A DNA stretch of 64,000 nucleotides, from NCBI GenBank assembly GCA_964187785.1, contig OZ076409.1, forward strand, positions 39,062,001 through 39,126,000. Direction: 5' to 3'. The translations under genes were made by a program, and so were the position numbers. This document shows positions 49,901-58,900 of this stretch, piece after piece. Positions within the stretch are counted from its first letter, which is position 1; each line of letters opens with the position of its first letter. Source of the stretch: Amphiscolops sp. MND2022. Lineage: Eukaryota. The notes under the pieces were generated by a model. It worked only from the letters and a program-made list of their open reading frames with translations. It did no database searches and had not been told where the DNA came from.

Positions 49901-52900
49901 CCAGTCGCGCATGCGACGGGAGCAAAAGACTCGCAGTAGGGTTAATAGTGTTCGATTTTGGCGTTCTACCAAGCCTTGGGTCCTGGGATGCCCTGCAGTG
50001 GAAGTCACTTTTGTGACGTGGGCTGCTTTCAGGAATTCATTGGATACTTCGGCAGTCAAGTTCGGAGCATTGTCTGATTGCATTCAAGTGGGTGTGCCAT
50101 GACGGGCAAACCATTTCTGCAGCAACAACCGAGAGGTAGTTACAGCGTCATAGTCGTGATGACTGCAAGGAACTGCTTCTGCAAACTTGGAGAAATGATC
50201 GATGATGACCAAGATGCCAGTGTTGTTGTTGTCTGAGAGGCAGATCTTCAGATGGTCATACTGGACCAGTTCATTGAAGTATCCGCTTTGGATGTTCTTC
50301 AGATGGAATCGGACGTCACCAGGTTTGTCCCGTACTTGTTGGCAGGTGAGACATTGGCTAACATAACGACCCACGCTGCGTCGAATGCCAGGCCGTGTGT
50401 GGCGTTCTTGAATTCGGGCTACCACTTTGGAGATGCCCTGGTGTCCCATGGCGTCGTGCTCTCGGAACAAGATCTCGTGTTGATAGAGTTGAGGCATGAT
50501 GATCATGCACGGACGTTCGTGCAAGGGGCGTTGGTTGGGGGAATACCGTACGCAAAAATATCATTTTTGTTGAAGAACAAGAGATCTTTCTTCTGGCGGT
50601 AGTAGTTACGTGCGAACTAGCGCACGTTCTCAGGAAAGATGTCGTGATCAATGGACTCGCTCAGCACCAGTTTTTTTAGTGCCAGTACATGCATATCACG
50701 GTTTTGGGCTAAAACCAAATCCTTGATTCCATGCACGGTGTGAGCATGTTCGTGAAGTTCGGTGTCGATGTCTTTGAGGGCCATGATGGAGTCACGTACA
50801 CCCGAAGGAGTACCTTGCAGGCTGGCTGCACTCGCTCCGGCAACCGGGTAGACAGTTCGAGAAGGTTCGTTGACAGCATGCGTCGGCAACAAATAATCTT
50901 CACTAGCCTCGGCGTTGACATCGATCCAGTCTTCCGGATAGTCTGGGTAGAACTCTTCGTTAGGTTGTAGTGCGAGAGGGGGTGGTGGCGGCAAGGGTGC
51001 TGCCAGCGCTTTTGCTTGTTTCTCTCGCCGGGTTGCCCGTTGAGTGCGGCGAAGCACACGTAATACTGGGCTGGGAGCCTTAGGCTCCAGATTCTGCAGA
51101 TGCTCGGGGAGATCGGGATGATTCGGAATCACCCGACCTTGGAGGTCGAACCAGAGGGCAACAGGGCGCTTGTCGAATTCTTCAGCTGACACGAAATTCC
51201 AACGCTGTCCCGCGGCTGGCAGCTGCGCAAGTTGTTTCTCCCGGCATCGATATTCATTAGTTCGCTTGCTCGAGCCGTCGGCGTTGCGATGCTGAGTTCG
51301 TGGGCGGTGTTCCACGCGAAAGTGATATTTCTCCAGGGTCATGATCCATCGGCCAATCAGTGCTTGATCCGTGGAATATGTTTTCAACCTGGACAAAGCT
51401 TGGTTGTCCACCCTCAGGGTGAACTTTCGTGGACAAAGATAACTGTGGTACTTCACAATGAAGTAATAGGCTGCAAACTATTCCAATTTGGGAGCCCCAT
51501 ACTTGGCTTGTGTGGTCGTGAGTTTCTTGCTGCCATACACAATTGGTTTCAGGCGCCTTTCGCCAGGAGGACCTTGCCATTGGTGAAGGTTGCCAGAGAT
51601 GGCAACAGCGCTGGCGTCAGTGTCCAGCACGAATTCTCCTTCGGAATCGGCCTGCGCAAGCGCAGTCGCCTCGATCAGTGCTTTCTTTATTTCGTTAAAT
51701 GCTTTTTGCTGTTCGGGACCCCAAGTGAACGTGACGTTGAGTCCGGTAACGGTGTGTAGGGGTGCGACTAATTTGGCGTGCCAGGGAATAAATTCGCGAT
51801 AATAGTTGGCGAACCCCAGGAAGCTCTGCATTTCTGTTTTGTTGCGGGGAATCTCCCAGTCGCGCAATTTGGCAACGGCTTCAGGGTCTGGTTTCACGCC
51901 TTCCGCGGAGACGACACGTCCCAAATACTTGATCTCCGACTTCATGAAATTGCATTTGGCTACGCGCATTTTGAAACCAGCTTCACGGAGGCACTCAAAG
52001 ACTTCGCGTAGTCGTGCCATGTGGTCTTCCACAGTCTCGGTTGCAATCACAATGTCATCGATGTAGGCCATCACCATGCTGCCTTCGCGGTTGACAATGT
52101 TCTGTAGCGCGCGCTATCGCTCGCTGGAAAGTGGCTGAAGCGTTACACATGCCGAATGGCATTCGCCGCCACTCAAAAAGCCCTAATTCGCAAGCAAAAG
52201 CGGTTTTGGGACGATCCGCCTTTCGCACAGGAATTTGCCAAAATGCCCAGGCAAGGTCTATGCTGGTGTAAATCTTGGCCTTACCCAGCCGGGCCAGGCT
52301 TTCATCGATTCGAGGCAAAGGGTAGGCATCTTTGATGGTTACCTCGTTTAACGGGCGGAAGTCGCAGCAGAAGCGTAACTCCCCGTTTTTCTTTTTGACC
52401 ATCACAATGCCATTCGCCCAAGGGGACAGCGAGGGTTGTATCATTCGCAAGGTCAAGAGGTTCCGCACCTCTTGGTTGGCACGCTCAGCCTTTTCAGGGG
52501 ACATCCTACGAGCACCTTCGCGATGCGGCACAGCCCCTGGCTCCACCTCTACGGTGTGTTTAGCGATAGTACAGCGGCCGATGTCAGCCTTGTGTTTCAT
52601 GAACAAATCATCGAACTCATTAAGGATCCTACCGAGGGACTCGCAGGCGATAGCGCCCCATAAATCCCTAACTTCTTGCAGCTCACTAGGATCAGTTGAG
52701 GATAAAAACTCAAATTCTGAAGAAGAAGTCAACTCAGAAGCAGTGGATAGATTCATTTCACTGTACACTTTACAAACAAAATTTGCTCGACCGTTGTCGG
52801 CGTTAGTTCCTTTACTGGTCGTTGTAGAAGAGCCCAGATTCTGAGGCACTGCCTGGTACACTAATGACACGGGTACTACGGTGCCCAGTTGAACACCACA

Positions 52901-55900
52901 CCGCACGCGTTGTGGGTTACTGGTGAGGTTTATCAGACTCACGTACAATGTGCCTGTCTCACTGACAGTGGTCACGCTGTCCTCTAAAAAGACGATATTA
53001 TGCAATGAAGTGTCAGATAAAGAGGCGTTGAGCGCTACGCTTTGGAAGATCATTGACTCCAGCGCATCGGTGACGAGCTTAGCTCTAGCCACCGCACGTT
53101 CGAAAGGCTGCAGGACTACGTCACAGTCCAGAACAACCGGGGTAGTTAATGAAGCGTCACCTACCTGTGCATGTGCATGATGCCAGACAGGTTTCAGTGG
53201 TGCTCGCACCACAATCTTCATGGATGTAAGGTCCACTAAGACCTGATAGGAGCGGAGGAAGTTCCGCCCTAGGAGGAAGTCCTCCACACCCATAGCGTCA
53301 TCCACCACGACAAAGTTCGTTTCAAGTTCGTATCCTCCCAAATGGAAGTGGATACGTTCTGCCAGGCCGTAGTTCTTTATCGTCTTTCCATTGGCGGCAT
53401 ACAAGTCCACCTGGTATGGTTTCAGGACAGTACCAGTCTGCGCTGCCACTCTATTGAAAGCAGAGAATGTTAAAATGGACACGCCAGAGCCAGTGTCCAC
53501 CAGTCCTCGCAACGGGATGGGTGCCGCGTGGGGCACGACGAAAGAGACAACGAGCGACGCACGCTCATCTATACGTGCTTCACCAGTTGGTTCTTGGTGA
53601 TTTATGTTGTAGCACTTCAGTTTTTGAGGGCCCAGGAATAGGCCAGATGGGAATACATCCACCACCACGCAAGCTTCAAACTTCACATTTACGCCATCCA
53701 TCGTCGCGCAGACGGGCACTGGAGAGTACGTCGTCAGGGTTTTGGACTCTCCCGGAGCGTACCACTCCTTTGGACGGGGCAATTCGACTCGTGTATAGAG
53801 GATGGACAACTCGACCCAAAGTTTCGCGAGGGTCAATGGTGGTCTGCGGACTTGTTCGGCAGCTAACAGCAAGTGGATAGATATTAGCGTTCGTCCTTGC
53901 GGATCGAATGTTGTAGGCTCCAAGCAGGTTTGGACTTGCTTAGCACCGCAGGTGAACGTCAACGGAGTGTGGAATGCAGGTGGCTGCGCCGGGTGTAGCA
54001 TCAGTACGCGATCATCTTCTAGAGGCACTGTATGCGCGGCGACGCCAGCGGATTCGACTTCAGCCCATCGGTTGTAGGCAAATTCATCGTTGGGCTTCTG
54101 GGTTTGGGAGTGCTCGCCACATTGCACTCCGGCATGGTCAAAGACTCCACAGTTGGTGCATTGGTAGATTCCGGGATAACCTTCGAGAATCCCATCGGTT
54201 GTGTCTTCGGCAGTTACTTTCACGCCTTCAGGTTCGGAGGCGGCTAGGGGTTTGCGGGCTTGCTCGCGATTGGGACACTCGCGAGCGAAATGTCCGTTTT
54301 GCCCGCAGTGGAAGCAAGCACCTGCCGGTACTGGGGCTGGAATTATAACAGCGGGAGCTGCTGGAGCATTTGAGGGAGGCGCCGGGGGTGGCAATACGCC
54401 TTGTGGTATTGCCATTTTGTTCGGTGGCAACGGTACAAAGGGATGAGGTCGAGACCTCATGGCTAATCGGGGATCATAAGGTTGTTGGGGTTGTGTTGGT
54501 TTGGGACGGTTACGCTGTAATTGGCGAGTGGTGAAGCGCAAAGATTCCACCGTAGGGGGGTCCGTGAGGAAAGTTTCTGAGGCATACACGATGGCGAGCT
54601 CTCGTCGCAATATTGGATCTCGCACACCTTCCATGAAGCGTTGCAGGATCTCATAGCGTTTGGTAGTGATACTCTCCTGCGGGAAGCCCTGACTTCTGAG
54701 ACCCTCTAGAGCGTCCACGTACTACATCCAGTCCTCCTTCTCTTGTTGGACACGACTTTGGAAAGTTTGCCGTGCCTGCATGCGATTTCCTGCATGCGCA
54801 CCGAAGCGACTGGACAACAGCTCGAATACCTTTTCGGGAGTGTCGCGTTCAGACTCGGCTTTGTTGATGATGTAGTTGCGAGCTTCACCTTCGAGGTGAC
54901 TGATGATGCTCCAGGCCCGGTCTTCAGCCGAGACCTTGGTCTGAATTCGTTTTAGGTATCTCTGGGTCTGGTTTGGGCCAGATCTCGCCCTGCGAGCAAA
55001 GGTGCCAGTTCCTTAGACATAGCTTTGGATATGGCGGCAGTGAACCTTAGCTGCTCGGGGGAGATGACTGCAGCCTCTCCTTCCTTGGGTTCCGCCTCGT
55101 CCGTTCCATCGTCACTACCGTGCGTGGCTTGCACCGATAGGTCCATCGTCTCTTCCTTTTTTCGAGTGCTGCTCGCACAATGAGTGCCCGAGGGCCTTCC
55201 GTCATAGGCTGTTAGGTCGGCTGTCAGGTACAGGGAATTTGGTCCGGACTTCGTGGTAGGGGCCGTCACGTACGCGGCTCCTTCAGTTTGGGATCCCAGT
55301 GTGACTTTGGTGCTGGCTAAATCAACTTCGGTAGAGGAATCTTGATAGATAGTTGACATTGGGTCCACACCTTGGTCTCGGGTGGCGCTTTTGGCTGCAG
55401 ATGGGGTCAACAGACTCGTAGAGTAGGAGTCATGGGGCCCTCTCATCTGCAATCGTGCAGGTTTGCGCTCTGTTTCAGACATGATGAGCACTGGATCCTT
55501 GACCCGAGTTTCAGGCACTGTTGATTTGGAGGCGCTGGGTTTCAGCGCGCTGGTTAACTCCGGCTTTATCGCTCGACTTGGGTGGGGTTGTTCCGGAGCC
55601 TTGGTGGAGCTCCCAGCTGGCATACCCTCTCCTGCACCAGGTGGTCGTGGGAGGGACCTCTCACGCCTCATGGTGTTGATAGCGTTGAGCAGTGTATGCA
55701 TTTGGTTGCTCAAGTCGTTGATCTGGGTCTCCACGCGCAGCTCACGGGCCATTAGCAAGTCATTCATTTCGCCCATTCGATGGCCTAGTGTGTCTGATCG
55801 GGCACTCTGCACATTCTGCGCGGTACGCAATTGGTCACTAACTTGTAGCCCTTCCCGCATCGTCATTTGCATCGTTCTCATGTTCTCGACGATAGCATGA

Positions 55901-58900
55901 TGCTGCTCATTGCACTCAGCACGAGTGCTGGCTAATCCTGCTAAGGCACGCTGGGTCTCGGCTTGGGCATCCAATAGTGCTGCCTTATACACCGAGGACC
56001 GCTGGGACGATGTCACTGAGCCAGCCAAGCTCCTCGTACTTGGTGCATCGAGGTAGCGTTTCCCCGCGTTCATCATGGGCGGTCGCACCCTCTTGTGCTT
56101 TCCGTAGGCACAAACTCGAGTGACCCCTCGAGCGAGTCCCGATCATTGTGGTCTCGAATAATTCGCGTTTTCCACATAGGTGAGGTCTTGGTCCACAGCG
56201 ACTTGCAAGCGCGAATTCGTTTCTTCGCTCAGGGGAGCTACAGGCTCGTTAGTTACGTTTGAGTTGGGCCACTCCTCTTCTGCCTCGTTGGCTCTTTCGC
56301 GGCATGTCTCGTCGACCCATTGCTCAGTGCGCCGGGAGCTTCCAGAAGTGACTGAACCGTCGGAGGGGGGAGCCATGGCGGCCAGTTCCTCCTTGCGTTG
56401 TTGTTCTATAGTAACTTCGTCAGACATTTCGTCTGAAAAATGCGAACCGTCCATCGAGGATTCATGCGTTGCCCAAGACTGCGAGCTCAGGTCGGATTTC
56501 GCTGGACCTGGCAAGGCTATCATACACTATTTCAGTGGTCAAACGAGCACTAGTAACTCAGACGCCGCTCCTGGTGGGATTTCAGAGAGTACGTGGGCCG
56601 CTCAGTCACTATCAGCTCTCTATTCGTTTCGGTGAGGACTTAAGAAGATTGTGGTTGGTTATGTCCTCAATTTTCCGAAATGCGTTCTAGGGGTTGTAGG
56701 CTGCTCAAATTCGCACAGCGCTTTCTCACAAGCGCACTGGGCCAGAAAATCAACCTGGTTTAGGGCAGAAAGTCTCCGGTCACTCACAGGAAGAATTTCA
56801 AGGAATTTTTGGACTTTCCAAAAATCGCACAACAAGACTCAAGAGGCTCGTGTGTGCGCTAGAAGCGCCGTATCAAGCCCAAAATTGATCAGCAGATCTT
56901 AGGTACACGTTTGTTTACGAAAATGAACACAGTTTTGAGCTGCGCCCTTTCTACACAGTTTCACGTAGGTACAGACGTGCGGTACCACTATGTACTGAGA
57001 TGCACTGTTTTTCACGTCTTTTTCAAGATTGCGGTCCACTGGAAAGAGCTAGCAAGCTCAAATTCTCTGCAGCAACGTAGGAGCTAGCACAAGTTACAAT
57101 GGTGGGCTGCAATATAGCCTCACCCGTCAGCTAAGGTGCCCGGGTTACTTGGAAAAATTAAGAAAAAACTGCCTTTTTGCGCACCTTTTTGGGTGCCACG
57201 TTTTTGCTATTTTCTCAACAAGTATCACACAAATCGGCACCAATCTTGGCAGTCTATGCCAGTGGGCACCTACAATGCCACTAATATGGTCGAATTGAAG
57301 CGCGAGCGCTTATTTGAGGTTTCGACCCACTATGTACGTTGTACACGAAAAAACACTGTTTTTGACCACTTTTTTCACAAATTGACCAAGAGGATCACCT
57401 CAGGAAGTGATACGGCGGGCAAAATGGGACCAACGTGTTGCCCCACTCTCCGTAGCACTGGGATAAACCTTCAATTGGTTGTGCCCCTTAGGTATAAGGC
57501 ACTGACAGTCCGGCAGTTTTGGACTTTTTCGGTCCTTTTATGCTTTTCTGAAGTCGAAACGTCAGAGAGCTTTTCTCGACTTTGGTGACCGATACGCTCA
57601 CCAAATATTCGGCACTAACGTTAATTTTTGTGGTGATTACGAAAATGCAACCACTTTTTGACTAGGGTTCAGGAATCAATGACCTGACCCTAGTCTGGAG
57701 ACAGTCCAGTTTAGTGGAAAATTGATCAAATTCAGTGCGTTTTTCTCAGCGGGAAATTTTGCACGCGGTTTTCACCACAATGCGTTATTTTTACTACAAA
57801 AACAGAAAATAAGAGTGTTCGGAGCCGCTCTGTTCAATTAGACTTCGCTCCCAAGACTTTCAGACAATGCACTTTCTATGCCTGAAAACGCCTTAAATCA
57901 CAGGTTTTTTACACCGTGTCAGCCCCGGGCTGCCTGAATCCGCTACAAAAGTTGCAGTTAGTGTCCTGTGGGTTAGTTACGCTTGCAAAAACACCGTACA
58001 TTGCTTTTCCATGCTTCTACACAAGTGTACGCCTGTGCTTTTAGGTGCCTTTTAGGCCAAATTTCCACTTTTTTGCAATTTCCTGGTACTAAATCGGCAC
58101 TTTGATCACAACTAGAGGTCCGAATACCGCCTCTCGTGCCTTGCACCAGCTTTCTCGAGCCTTGTAGCTGCTTTTCACAACACTTTTCACAAAGTTTTCC
58201 TGGTTCCACTAAGCACGAGTGCTCGAAACCAAGAAAAACACCAAAAAGCGCAAAAATGAGGTTTTTTCGCTCGAGTGCCATCTTTTTCGCAGAAAAGCAC
58301 TTCATAGGGTGTCGTTACATTTGCGATAAAACATCACTGACCTGCACCAACGATTCCCCGTCGGAAAAGGCGCATTTTCAAAATTTTCGCCAACCATGAG
58401 CCATTTGAGCGACACGTCTGGTCACAGGGGGTGCATCTTCTCCACGCTTTTTCTCCACATCTAGACCAGACAGAGACACGCGGTTTGGACCATTAGCACC
58501 GTCTGCTGTTGCACTTGCTGTCCACCAAAAACCATACCTCTAGGACGTCTCCACGAGAAATGGGAGTAGAAAGTAGACAACACACAAATTGACTCTTCCC
58601 TCGCCTCGCTGGCTCATGGCCGATCATCCACCAGTTACCTTCTTGCATGGCATAAAATGGCTGAAAGTAGCTCGCAAAACCTGTTAAACACCCGCAGCCA
58701 CGTGCTACGGTCTTCTGTACCTGCAAAACCTGTATGGTACATAACACATCACACAAAAATAGCGATTTTCTTCTAAAACACCTAAAAATGCCATTTTCCC
58801 ACCTGAAAACGTGATTTTTTCGGGTTTTCTCTGGTTCAACGCTTCTCCCAGTTCCAGTAGGTTGTCACACGACTAGAAAAAGGCAAAACTCTGCTTCTCT

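Noticed and set aside
43041..56635. Many + strand ORFs over the coding regions of element C (and similarly over pol of element B)
   Set aside because: They are antisense shadows of long minus-strand frames, with no motifs or splice logic.
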